DNA from: Labrenzia sp.
GTDB lineage: Bacteria; Pseudomonadota; Alphaproteobacteria; Rhizobiales; Stappiaceae
Length of the DNA stretch: 64,000 nucleotides
Assembly (NCBI GenBank): GCA_051805445.1
Contig: CP196552.1
Location: 4,844,408-4,908,407 of the forward strand
Direction: 5' to 3'
The notes under the pieces were generated by a model. That model ran no database searches, was not told the DNA's origin, and worked only from the letters and a program-made list of their open reading frames with translations. How positions within the stretch are numbered: the stretch's first letter is position 1; every line of letters starts with the position of its first letter. A program made the position numbers and the translations under genes. Shown in pieces: positions 54,479 to 63,833 of this stretch.

Positions 54479-55903
54479 TCAGTCCTCCAGTACCCAGGTG
54501 TCTTTTGTGCCGCCGCCCTGGCTGGAATTAACCACCAGGGAGCCTTTTTTCAGCGCAACGCGGGTCAAACCGCCAGGTGTGATGCGCACCTGATCGCCGA
54601 TGAGGACGAAGGGGCGCAAATCCACGTGGCGGGGCGCGATGCCGGAGGCAACATGGGTTGGACAAGCCGACAAGGCGAGCGTCGGCTGAGCAATGTAGTT
54701 GGAGGGGTTGTTCTCAAGGATTTTCCGGAACTCGGCGATTTCCCGTTTGGAGGCTGTTGGGCCGATCAACATGCCGTAGCCACCGGATCCGTGAACTTCC
54801 TTGACGACGATTTCGGCGAGATTGTCGAGCACATACGCAAGATCATCTTCGCGCGAACAGTTCCAAGTTGGCACATTGTTCAAGATCGGTTTTTGACCGG
54901 TGTAAAACTCAATAATGTCAGGCACGTAGGCGTAGATTGCCTTGTCATCGGCAATTCCTGTTCCCGGTGCATTACAGATCGTCACATTGCCTGCCCGATA
55001 GGCATCAAACAGTCCGGGCACGCCGAGCATACTGTCTGGATTGAAGGTGAGGGGGTCGAGGAACGCATCGTCGATCCGGCGGTAAATAACGTCGACCTGC
55101 TTTGGGGCCCGGGTTGTGCGCATGAAGACCTTGCCGGCATCGACAAACAGATCGCGGCCTTCAACCAGCTCCACGCCCATGCTGTCGGCCAGGAACGCAT
55201 GCTCAAAATAAGCGGAGTTATAGATACCAGGTGTCAGGACGACGATGGTCTGTTCTGATTTCGCCGGATCCGGCGCGACGCTTTCGAGCGTCTGGCGCAA
55301 ATTTTCCGGATAACGTTCGACGGGGGCCACATTGTGGGTTTGGAACAATTCCGGGAAGAGACGCATCATCGTTTCCCGGTTCTCCATCATGTAGGAGACG
55401 CCAGATGGGGTTCGCGTGTTGTCTTCCAACACGTAAAACTCGTTCTCAGAAACCCGGACAAGATCTGTTCCGATGATGTGGGAATAGACCTTGCGTGCCG
55501 GCGTAAACCCGGCCATTTCGGGCAAGAATGCCTCGTTTTGCAGGATCAGGTCTGCCGGAATGCGTCCGGCACGGATAATTTCCTGGCGGTGATAAATGTC
55601 GTGCAGGAATGCGTTGAGGGCGCGGACACGCTGGTCGATACCGGCCGACAAGCGGCGCCACTCTGAAGCTGAGATGATCCTGGGTATAGGATCAAAGGGA
55701 ATAAGCCGTTCAGTGGCTGCTTCTGCTCCATAGACCGCAAAGGTAATTCCGAGGCGGCGGAAGATGGTTTCCGCATCACGGCTCTTCTTGGATAAAAAAC
55801 TGTTTGGCTTGTCTTTAAGCCAATTGGCGATTCTTGAATATGGGGCCCGTGGACTGCCGTCCTGTTCGAGCATCTCATTGAAAAACCCAGAGCTGTCTGA
55901 CAT
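54479..55903 (-). CDS. Circularly permuted ATP-grasp type 2 protein (COG2308)
   Basis: 474 aa from the ATG at 55903, preceded by GGGGAGG. MSDSSGFFNEMLEQDGSPRAPY ... VVKEVHGSGGYGMLIGP. There is a 6-nt gap to the alpha-E gene. Confidence 0.88.
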   Translation of the reverse strand: MSDSSGFFNEMLEQDGSPRAPYSRIANWLKDKPNSFLSKKSRDAETIFRRLGITFAVYGAEAATERLIPFDPIPRIISASEWRRLSAGIDQRVRALNAFLHDIYHRQEIIRAGRIPADLILQNEAFLPEMAGFTPARKVYSHIIGTDLVRVSENEFYVLEDNTRTPSGVSYMMENRETMMRLFPELFQTHNVAPVERYPENLRQTLESVAPDPAKSEQTIVVLTPGIYNSAYFEHAFLADSMGVELVEGRDLFVDAGKVFMRTTRAPKQVDVIYRRIDDAFLDPLTFNPDSMLGVPGLFDAYRAGNVTICNAPGTGIADDKAIYAYVPDIIEFYTGQKPILNNVPTWNCSREDDLAYVLDNLAEIVVKEVHGSGGYGMLIGPTASKREIAEFRKILENNPSNYIAQPTLALSACPTHVASGIAPRHVDLRPFVLIGDQVRITPGGLTRVALKKGSLVVNSSQGGGTKDTWVLED

Positions 55904-56158
55904 TGCCTCCCCGCTTGCTTTGTTAATTAAGACTAGGATGGCAGGCCGGATCTGACAACCCAAGGTCATTTTAACGGCTTATTCTGCCTAATTTCTATGC
56001 AAAATTGATGAGGCTGCGGGCGGAGGAAGGCGGATAGCTCACCAAATCGCGCCGAATTCAGATTGCGGGATCACATCTGCCATTCTCCCTTGTGCTGACT
56101 TTGCCGGGTTCGGAGGGCATGCTAGGACCAAGCAAGACAAAGACATTGGGAGACCCAG

Positions 56159-57691
56159 ATGAGAGACGTTCTGGTGGAGTTGGAGCAGCGGCGGGAAACG
56201 GCCAAGATGGGTGGCGGCCAGCGGCGCATCGATTCCCAGCACTCCAAAGGCAAGCTGACCGCTCGGGAGCGGATCGAAATCCTTTTGGACGAAGGCTCGT
56301 TTGAAGAGTTCGACATGTTCAAGCAGCACCGCTGCACCGATTTCGGCATGGACGAGCAGCACATTCCTGGCGACGGCGTTGTCACCGGCTGGGGCACGGT
56401 CAACGGCCGAACCATCTACGTGTTCTCCAAGGACTTTACTGTTTTCGGTGGGTCCCTGTCAGAGGCCCATGCTGAAAAGATGGTCAAACTACAGGACATG
56501 GCTCTGCAGAACCGGGCACCGATCATTGGCCTTTTCGATGCGGGCGGCGCGCGGATCCAGGAAGGTGTTGCGGCGCTAGGCGGTTACGGAGAGGTGTTCA
56601 CCCGCAATGTTCAGGCCTCTGGCGTCATTCCGCAGATTTCCCTGATCATGGGCCCCTGTGCGGGCGGTGATGTGTATTCGCCGGCAATGACTGACTTCAT
56701 TTTCATGGTCCGGGATACGTCCTACATGTTCGTCACGGGACCGGATGTCGTGAAAACCGTGACCAACGAAACGGTCACTGCAGAAGAACTCGGCGGTGCG
56801 TCTGTTCACACGACCAAATCTTCAATCGCCGACGGTGCATTCGACAATGACGTTGAGGCGCTTTTGGAAATGCGGCGTCTCATCGACTTCCTGCCGATGA
56901 ACAATCAGGCAGAGCTGCCCGAGGTTACCAACTACGACGATCCGGACCGGATCGACATGAGCCTCGACTCCTTCATCCCGGACAATCCCAACAAGCCTTA
57001 CGACATGAAAGAGCTTGTGTTGAAGACCCTTGATGAGGGGGACTTCTACGAGATCCAGGAGAACTTTGCGGGCAATATCATCACCGGTTTCGGCCGCATG
57101 GAAGGACGTACGGTCGGTGTCATTGCGAACCAGCCGATGGTTCTGGCCGGTGTTCTGGACTCAGATGCAAGCCGCAAGGCAGCCCGCTTCGTCCGGTTTT
57201 GTGATTGCTTCAATATTCCGATTGTCACCTTCGTCGATGTGCCGGGGTTCTTGCCGGGCACGTCTCAAGAGTACGGCGGTCTGATCAAGCACGGCGCGAA
57301 GCTTTTGTTCGCCTACACCGAGGCGACCGTGCCAAAAGTCACAGTCATTACCCGCAAGGCGTACGGCGGAGCGTATGACGTCATGAGTTCCAAGCATATT
57401 CGCGGGGACATCAACTATGCGTGGCCGACAGCGGAAATCGCCGTGATGGGCGCAAAAGGTGCTGTTGAGATCCTGTACCGCTCTGAACTCGGGGATCCGG
57501 AAAAGATCCAAAAACGCACGCAAGACTACGAGAACCGGTTCGCAAACCCGTTCGTCGCTGCCGAGCGTGGATACATCGATGATGTGATCCGTCCGCATTC
57601 GACCCGCCGCCGTGTCTCGAAAGCCTTGGCTTTACTGCGCGCTAAAAAAGTCGAAACGCCTTGGAAAAAACACGACAACATTCCGCTCTGA
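56159..57691 (+). CDS. pccB: Propionyl-CoA carboxylase beta subunit (carboxyltransferase)
   Basis: 510 aa. [37 protein letters not shown], with two crotonase-like carboxyltransferase halves. Confidence 0.93.
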   Translation: MRDVLVELEQRRETAKMGGGQRRIDSQHSKGKLTARERIEILLDEGSFEEFDMFKQHRCTDFGMDEQHIPGDGVVTGWGTVNGRTIYVFSKDFTVFGGSLSEAHAEKMVKLQDMALQNRAPIIGLFDAGGARIQEGVAALGGYGEVFTRNVQASGVIPQISLIMGPCAGGDVYSPAMTDFIFMVRDTSYMFVTGPDVVKTVTNETVTAEELGGASVHTTKSSIADGAFDNDVEALLEMRRLIDFLPMNNQAELPEVTNYDDPDRIDMSLDSFIPDNPNKPYDMKELVLKTLDEGDFYEIQENFAGNIITGFGRMEGRTVGVIANQPMVLAGVLDSDASRKAARFVRFCDCFNIPIVTFVDVPGFLPGTSQEYGGLIKHGAKLLFAYTEATVPKVTVITRKAYGGAYDVMSSKHIRGDINYAWPTAEIAVMGAKGAVEILYRSELGDPEKIQKRTQDYENRFANPFVAAERGYIDDVIRPHSTRRRVSKALALLRAKKVETPWKKHDNIPL

Positions 57692-57715
57692 TTGCGAAAG
57701 ATGCTTAGCGTCATA

Positions 57716-57750
57716 ACCCGCCGGAAAAGACCTCGGCGGGTTTTTTGTTT
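57716..57750 (+). terminator. Rho-independent terminator after pccB
   Basis: ACCCGCCG-GAAAAGACCT-CGGCGGGT is followed by TTTTTGTTTT. Confidence 0.75.
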
Positions 57751-57804
57751 TAGGCTCTCTTCATTGCCGTCGTCTCTTCAAAAGTTGGCCGCGGCCGCGG
57801 TGTC

Positions 57805-58104
57805 TCAATCGATGAACAGCAGATCCGGGTCTTTACATTCATAAGCGACATAACACTGCGGATTATCGCGCGTTGCCCCATACTGCGGTGCCAAAGCCTT
57901 GTCGCGTTCACAATATCTGAGGTTCGCGACAAACCTGGAATAAGTGTATTGGCCTGTCGTAAAGACCACCGCACCGTTTCTAAGCACCATGTTTTGTGCC
58001 TGCGCACAGGTCATCTGACGTAGATCCGGCCGAGCCTCTGCAACGTTCGCGGCTGAAAGAAGCGAAAGAACAGCGGCGGGGATTAGTAAGGCATGCGGCT
58101 TCAT
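57805..58104 (-). CDS. Small secreted hypothetical protein (99 aa, 4 Cys)
   Basis: A signal peptide MKPHALLIPAAVLSLLSAANVAEA precedes a mature region with four cysteines. I recognise no family. Confidence 0.6.
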   Translation of the reverse strand: MKPHALLIPAAVLSLLSAANVAEARPDLRQMTCAQAQNMVLRNGAVVFTTGQYTYSRFVANLRYCERDKALAPQYGATRDNPQCYVAYECKDPDLLFID

Positions 58105-58226
58105 GCGAACCTCCAGCGTGTCTCAGGCACCGCACTTTGCAGGCCTGGTAGGAAGTAATATAGCGCGATCAAGCCGCCGGACATGTGACCGGCAACACGG
58201 ATTGTCTTGCTTTTCGGGATGAAGAC

Positions 58227-58706
58227 CTATTGGTGGTTGGCCTGAAGGCCCGGGTCCGGTTCACAGACCGTTGGCGGAATCACTTCGCCAACGCCGCGGG
58301 TTGAAAAGCCCGCATACCGCCGATCCTCGTCAAACAGGACGGCAAAGCGCGCTGAGTTGCGAAGAAGCTGCCAGAAATACCGCATGTTGTCGGCGCAGGC
58401 AGGACAGTCCGGGCGGATGTACCCGTCTCTGTCGGCAGTAAATTTGATCAAGCGGTGGTCAAGCTCGACCCGGATCAAGGTTCTCGGGACAGGAAGACGC
58501 CCTTTAATATCAATGCTGATCAGTGGAAGCACGGCCTTCTTGCTATCAGGGCACCAAATTGAAAACCGCGAACCGAGCTTGTTCTTGGTCCAATAATGCT
58601 GATAGCCATTCACTTTTTCACTGTGCCAACTGCCCACGGTTTCCGAAACGCCCGGCGTTACGGAAAGACCGATAAACACTGCAATTAGAAACAGGCGAGT
58701 GAACAT
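58227..58706 (-). CDS. Secreted hypothetical protein, paralog A (4 conserved Cys)
   Basis: The probable start is the ATG at 58706 (MFTRLFLIAVFIGLSV...). It aligns with the ORF at 58823..59296 through W-H..E-V-G...YWT.N..G..F..WC ... GYI...C..CAD...Y.W..LR ... YAGFS..G..E..P..VC. Confidence 0.65.
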   Translation of the reverse strand: MFTRLFLIAVFIGLSVTPGVSETVGSWHSEKVNGYQHYWTKNKLGSRFSIWCPDSKKAVLPLISIDIKGRLPVPRTLIRVELDHRLIKFTADRDGYIRPDCPACADNMRYFWQLLRNSARFAVLFDEDRRYAGFSTRGVGEVIPPTVCEPDPGLQANHQ

Positions 58707-58822
58707 CCGGAGCCCCAATGTATGCACTGCTGAAAATACCGAGGGTTGTCTTAAATTTTAGCTAATTCCGCTGAGTAGAAACGCTTTGAAATGACACTTA
58801 CCGCTCTTGTCTTAGATGTTGC

Positions 58823-59296
58823 TCATGACGCTTGCTTTTTTTGCCAGTCAGTCGGGCAGACATTGGCCGGTAAAATTTCTTTCGCACCTTTGAGCGAGAA
58901 ACCCGCGTAGCTGTCGTCCTTGAACTTCACCGCAATGGCCGTTGCGGCGCGGAGCCGGTGCCAGACATATTCGAACGTGTCAGCGCAGGTTGCGCATCCT
59001 GTGTCGATATATCCCTGTTCGTTGACCGGAATTTCCATGATCTCGTTATCGATGATCAGCTTCATGCGTGTGTTTGGAGTGGGTGTTTTGCCGTCAATGA
59101 CGACATGCAATAAAGTTCCGTTGACTGGACGCTGCGGATGGCACCAAACGACGAAACTCGCGCCGATGTTGTTTGTAGTCCAATAGCGGGTGAAGCCGTC
59201 GACTTCTCCGGCATGCCACTTTTCGATCGTTTTCGCCTGAACAGAACTCGTCAGGGCAAAGCCGATGATCAGTGATGTTATTAGTTTTTTCACCAC
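58823..59296 (-). CDS. Secreted hypothetical protein, paralog B (4 conserved Cys)
   Basis: The probable start is the GTG at 59296 or 59293, following GGAGGAAG. The signal peptide is KKLITSLIIGFALTSSVQA. It is a tandem paralog of 58227..58706. Confidence 0.65.
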   Translation of the reverse strand: MVKKLITSLIIGFALTSSVQAKTIEKWHAGEVDGFTRYWTTNNIGASFVVWCHPQRPVNGTLLHVVIDGKTPTPNTRMKLIIDNEIMEIPVNEQGYIDTGCATCADTFEYVWHRLRAATAIAVKFKDDSYAGFSLKGAKEILPANVCPTDWQKKQAS

Positions 59297-59520
59297 GTCG
59301 TCTTCCTCCAAATACATGGTAGAATTTGCAATATATTTGTTAAGAAAAAGGAAAATCAGTGCCTTGCCGCAATAGAGCGTGATCCAAACCTATCGATTGT
59401 TTTGCCTGAATCGGGTTTGAAAGATGGTTCTCACATCGTCTGACCACCCTTTGGATAAGTTGCACTGGAGGGGAGGACCGGCCTACAACTCAGAAAACAG
59501 GTCCAGCTGGGTGGAATTGC

Positions 59521-61533
59521 ATGTTCTCGAAAATACTGATCGCCAACCGGGGTGAGATTGCGTGCCGCGTTATCAAGACGGCACGGAAGATGGGAATCAA
59601 AACCGTTGCGGTCTATTCAGATGCCGACCGGAATGCACTGCACGTGGAGATGGCTGATGAGGCCGTTCACATCGGTCCTGCAGCGGCGGCTGAATCCTAC
59701 CTGCTTGCCGACAAGATCATCGCGGCTTGTAAGGAGACTGGTGCTGAAGCTGTGCATCCCGGCTATGGCTTCCTGTCTGAGCGGGCAAGCTTTCCGGAGG
59801 CGCTTGCAAAGGAAGGTATCGTTTGGATCGGTCCGAACCCGCACGCCATTGAAGCGATGGGCGACAAGATCGAATCCAAGAAGTTTGCCAACGCGGCGAA
59901 CGTCAGCACGGTTCCAGGATATCTCGGTGTCATTGAATCACCCGATCAAGCTGTCGAGATCGCAGCGGACATTGGCTATCCGGTGATGATCAAGGCTTCG
60001 GCCGGCGGTGGCGGTAAGGGCATGCGGATCGCCTGGAATGCTGATGAAGTGCGTGACGGTTACACCCGCTCCAAGTCTGAGGCCGCGTCGTCCTTTGGCG
60101 ATGACCGCGTCTTCATTGAAAAGTTCATCGAGAACCCGCGCCACATTGAAATCCAGGTTCTGGGCGACAAACACGGCAACGCGATTTATCTAGGCGAGCG
60201 TGAGTGTTCGATCCAGCGCCGGAACCAGAAGGTAATCGAAGAAGCGCCGTCGCCGCTGCTGGATGAAGACACCCGCCGGCTGATGGGCGAGCAAGCGGTC
60301 GCGCTGGCGAAAGCCGTTGACTATGACAGTGCGGGCACAGTCGAGTTTGTAGCGGGCCAGGACAAGAGCTTCTTTTTCCTGGAAATGAACACCCGTCTTC
60401 AGGTGGAACACCCGGTCACAGAGTTGATCACCGGTGTCGACCTGGTCGAGCAGATGATCCGGGTCGCTTATGGCGAGAAGCTTGAAATCGCGCAGGACGA
60501 CGTGAAGCTGAACGGCTGGTCGGTGGAAAGCCGGATCTATGCTGAGGATCCCTACCGGAATTTCCTGCCGTCCATTGGCCGGCTTGTCCGTTACGTGCCG
60601 CCGGAAGAACTGGAAAGCGATGGGCTGATCATCCGGAATGACACCGGAGTGGTCGAGGGTTCGGAAATCTCCATGTTCTACGACCCGATGATTTCCAAGC
60701 TGATCACCCATGCCCCGACCCGCGAAGAAGCGATCGACGCCATGAGCAAGGCGCTGGACGGGTATTATGTCGACGGCATTCAGCACAACGTGCCATTCCT
60801 GACAGCGTTGATGAACCATCCGCGTTGGCGGTCCGGTGAACTGTCGACCAGTTTCATTGCCGATGAATACCCGGACGGCTTTTTCCCGGCTGAACCGGAT
60901 GACGAAGCGCGGGGCGTTTTGGCGGCCGTGTCGCTGTCCATGGCGGCGATTGAACGCGAACGTCTTGACCATCTTCCCGGTCGTTTGCGGCCGCACTCCG
61001 GCGCCATCCGCGAGGACTGGGTGGTCAAGCTGGATAAGACCTATGTCCCGATCCGTCTTGCCGCGGGCTATCCGGGAACACCGATAGAGCTTGATGTCGC
61101 GATCGGTGACGGGCCTGTCGTCAATGTGGAATCAGATTGGGCGCCGGGCGCTGCGCTTTGGAGCGGCCGCGTCGGAGACAAGGACATCACAGTCCAGGTC
61201 CGTCCGGTTCGTGGAGGCTACCGCCTCGATTGGCAGGGCTATTCTGTCACAGCCAAGATCATGACGCCGCGCGTTGCCGAACTCGATGAGTTGATGCCGG
61301 AAAAACTTCCGCCGGACACATCGAAAATGCTGCTGTGTCCGATGCCGGGTCTGGTCGTATCCATCGCCGTCAGTGAAGGTCAGGAAGTTAAGGCGGGCGA
61401 ACAGCTGGCCATCGTTGAAGCCATGAAGATGGAAAACGTCCTGCGTGCCGAGAGGGACTGTGTCGTCACAGCCATCAAAGCAGAGCCCGGCGACAGCCTC
61501 GCGGTCGACGCCGTGATCATGGAGTTCTCCTGA
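59521..61533 (+). CDS. pccA: Propionyl-CoA carboxylase alpha subunit (biotin carboxylase plus biotinyl carrier domain)
   Basis: 670 aa. MFSKILIANRGEIACRVIKTARKMGIKTVAVYSDADR, an ATP-grasp core, and the C-terminal biotinylation motif EAMKMEN. Confidence 0.93.
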   Translation: MFSKILIANRGEIACRVIKTARKMGIKTVAVYSDADRNALHVEMADEAVHIGPAAAAESYLLADKIIAACKETGAEAVHPGYGFLSERASFPEALAKEGIVWIGPNPHAIEAMGDKIESKKFANAANVSTVPGYLGVIESPDQAVEIAADIGYPVMIKASAGGGGKGMRIAWNADEVRDGYTRSKSEAASSFGDDRVFIEKFIENPRHIEIQVLGDKHGNAIYLGERECSIQRRNQKVIEEAPSPLLDEDTRRLMGEQAVALAKAVDYDSAGTVEFVAGQDKSFFFLEMNTRLQVEHPVTELITGVDLVEQMIRVAYGEKLEIAQDDVKLNGWSVESRIYAEDPYRNFLPSIGRLVRYVPPEELESDGLIIRNDTGVVEGSEISMFYDPMISKLITHAPTREEAIDAMSKALDGYYVDGIQHNVPFLTALMNHPRWRSGELSTSFIADEYPDGFFPAEPDDEARGVLAAVSLSMAAIERERLDHLPGRLRPHSGAIREDWVVKLDKTYVPIRLAAGYPGTPIELDVAIGDGPVVNVESDWAPGAALWSGRVGDKDITVQVRPVRGGYRLDWQGYSVTAKIMTPRVAELDELMPEKLPPDTSKMLLCPMPGLVVSIAVSEGQEVKAGEQLAIVEAMKMENVLRAERDCVVTAIKAEPGDSLAVDAVIMEFS

Positions 61534-61563
61534 CACACGACGTGAATGTTTCTGAACACACAG

Positions 61564-61591
61564 AACCCGCCGCGAACACGGCGGGTTTTTT
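61564..61591 (+). terminator. Rho-independent terminator after pccA
   Basis: AACCCGCCG-CGAACA-CGGCGGGTT is followed by TTTT. Confidence 0.8.
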
Positions 61592-61606
61592 GTCCGTTGT
61601 GCGGCT

Positions 61607-63199
61607 TTACGCGCTCAGTTCCGAAGTAGCCTGTTTCGATCCAGATTTCTCATGCAGAAATTGGATGAAATGATCAGAGGGCATGGGGGTGGCAAAATAA
61701 TACCCCTGTAAAAGGCGGCAGCCTTGTGCTGCAAGGATGTTGGCGTGTTCGAGGGTTTCGACACCCTCGGCAACAACTTCGACACCGAGAGCCGTGGCCA
61801 TATCGACAACGCTTTTTACAAGTTTGCGGGAGCTTTCAGACACAATAATGGGGGCGATCAGGTTCCTGTCGATTTTCAGGCGTTTCGGTTCCATCTCAAG
61901 AAGACTTAGGATGGAGGCACGTCCAGACCCGACGTCATCAATCTCTACTTCGAAACCTTGTTCAGCGAGTGCTTCAAGGTTGTATCGGGACATGTCATCA
62001 AGTGTGTCAAAGGTGACAGCTTCACTGATTTCGAAGATTAGGGACGCCGGATCCACATTTATGTTGCGAACCATGTGCAAGAACAGCGGTGATTTCAGCC
62101 GGTCTGCAGATATGTTGACGGATATTCGCGGTGCGACCAGACCGCTGGCTTCAATCTTGTGACGGATCTTTATGGCTTCTTCCAGCATGGCTTGGTCGAT
62201 CTGGCTGATGAGGCCAAGGGTCTCAGCTGTGTCCAGAAACTCTGCCGGTGCAAGAAGACCTCTTGTTGGATGGCGCCATCTGACGAGCGCCTCGGCGCCA
62301 ACGACGTCAAATGTTTGCGCATCAACAAGTGGCTGAAAAAAAGCTTCGAACTCTTTTTGCTCACATGCTCTGATCAGGTCATCGCCCAGGATCGTCTGCT
62401 CTTCGAATTTTTGCCGCATGGTCGGATGATAGACCTCGCATCTGTTCCGGCCATTGGATTTTGCCGTGAACATCGCAATGTCTGCGCTGGTCATCAGACG
62501 TTCGGAATTCAAATAGTTCTGAGGCGTAAAATCGTCGTTTATTGCGATGCCAATCGAAGCCGTTACGGAATGCTCAACTCCTTGATACTGGAACGACCGA
62601 TCAAGCAATGAGACAAGGTATTGTCCCAGATCCGTGACATCCGATCGTCTCTTGTATGGCCTAAGAAGCAAAAACTCATCGCTGCTTACTCTTGCAAGCA
62701 GGTCTTGGTCGTCAAGCCGATCTTCAATGAGGTTTGCAACTTGCTTGAGAACGCCATCACCGACTACCGGACCATAACGGTCGTTGATCTGCTTAAAGCG
62801 GTCCAGATCGATATGGAACAGTGCGTAGCAGGCCTTTTTTCTAAGGCCAACGCTGAGTGTCTGTTTGATGTCTATGAAAAATTGAAACCTGTTCGCCAGA
62901 CCGGTCAATGGATCGACCGACGCAAGATGGCGCGCTGTTTCTTGGGCATTCACACGCAAAGCCATTTCGCGCTTTAAGTCAACGAGCCGGCGGACCACGA
63001 TGATCAGCAATATTGCAGGCAACGCCATAAACGCTGCAAACACGTCATCCAACTCGTAGTCTTCATGAGCGCGTGAGAATTCATAAAGCCATTCAAATAA
63101 ATCGATGGATGAAAACAGAGTTGCAAGGGCGACAAACGCCAAAAGTGACGCGCTTGTTTCCCATATAAATCTCGTTCTCATCGACGGTTTTTCGCTCAT
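61607..63199 (-). CDS. Membrane-anchored GGDEF-EAL protein (degenerate SDEF site, intact EAL motifs)
   Basis: 530 aa with two N-terminal TM helices. The GGDEF-domain block is DPLTGLANRFQF ... ARVSSDEFLLL. The EAL domain reads GAEALVRW ... DDVGSG ... EGVET. Confidence 0.9.
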   Translation of the reverse strand: MSEKPSMRTRFIWETSASLLAFVALATLFSSIDLFEWLYEFSRAHEDYELDDVFAAFMALPAILLIIVVRRLVDLKREMALRVNAQETARHLASVDPLTGLANRFQFFIDIKQTLSVGLRKKACYALFHIDLDRFKQINDRYGPVVGDGVLKQVANLIEDRLDDQDLLARVSSDEFLLLRPYKRRSDVTDLGQYLVSLLDRSFQYQGVEHSVTASIGIAINDDFTPQNYLNSERLMTSADIAMFTAKSNGRNRCEVYHPTMRQKFEEQTILGDDLIRACEQKEFEAFFQPLVDAQTFDVVGAEALVRWRHPTRGLLAPAEFLDTAETLGLISQIDQAMLEEAIKIRHKIEASGLVAPRISVNISADRLKSPLFLHMVRNINVDPASLIFEISEAVTFDTLDDMSRYNLEALAEQGFEVEIDDVGSGRASILSLLEMEPKRLKIDRNLIAPIIVSESSRKLVKSVVDMATALGVEVVAEGVETLEHANILAAQGCRLLQGYYFATPMPSDHFIQFLHEKSGSKQATSELSA

Positions 63200-63629
63200 G
63201 AAGATGTTCTGCTACTCGCCCCTTATTGTGAATACTGACAGTGGGAATTCTAAAGGTTTGAAAATTGTTTATTCTCGCAAAATTCATGTATAAATTACAT
63301 AATTTGTTTGTTTTGAGGGACTAATAAGGGTCATTTCTATTAATGAATGCATTGTTTCTATTTATTTCTGAATCTCTATTTACGATGAATTAATTTATTG
63401 GCGAGTGATGTTCTAAATATTTGCTGGTTTCACGTGTCGCCAGTTTCATTGCCATGATTTCTAGAATTCGTTTCACAAAGCCTGCTGGAGCTGAAAGAAC
63501 AACTTGAGATAGGGCTTGAGGTGGTGGTTGATGGAAACGCCTCAGATAATGTTTTCAGCCATACTGAATTTTCCGGCCCGAAGCCGTTGCGCCGATCGGT
63601 TGAGGCGAGTAAATACGGATTTCAGGAAC

Positions 63630-63775
63630 AGTTCTCGGGGCGGGGTGAAAGTCCCCACCGGCGGTATCAGGGAAACCTGGAGCCCGCGAGCGCCTTGGTA
63701 ATCCATGTTTACCAGGGGTCAGCAGATCCGGTGAGACGCCGGAGCCGACGGTTATAGTCCGGATGATAGAGAGCT
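63630..63775 (+). promoter_or_regulatory. FMN riboswitch (RFN element)
   Basis: It matches the RFN core almost block for block: TTCTCGGGGCGGGGTGAAAGTCCCCACCGGCGGTA ... AGCCCGCGAGCG ... GGTCAGCAGATCCGGTGAGACGCCGGAGCCGACGGTTATAGTCCGGATGATAGAGAG. The closing P1 helix pairs AGTTCTC with GAGAGCT. Confidence 0.95.
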
Positions 63776-63833
63776 TGGTTGGGCCGCTTCTCTCAAGCGG
63801 TGCAGCTTTTTGGTCTTTTTGAGACTGTTCTGG

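Noticed and set aside
63516-63757. Two overlapping plus-strand ORFs of 61 and 78 aa are listed.
   Set aside because: They run straight through the FMN riboswitch aptamer, and the sequence conservation there is explained by RNA structure.
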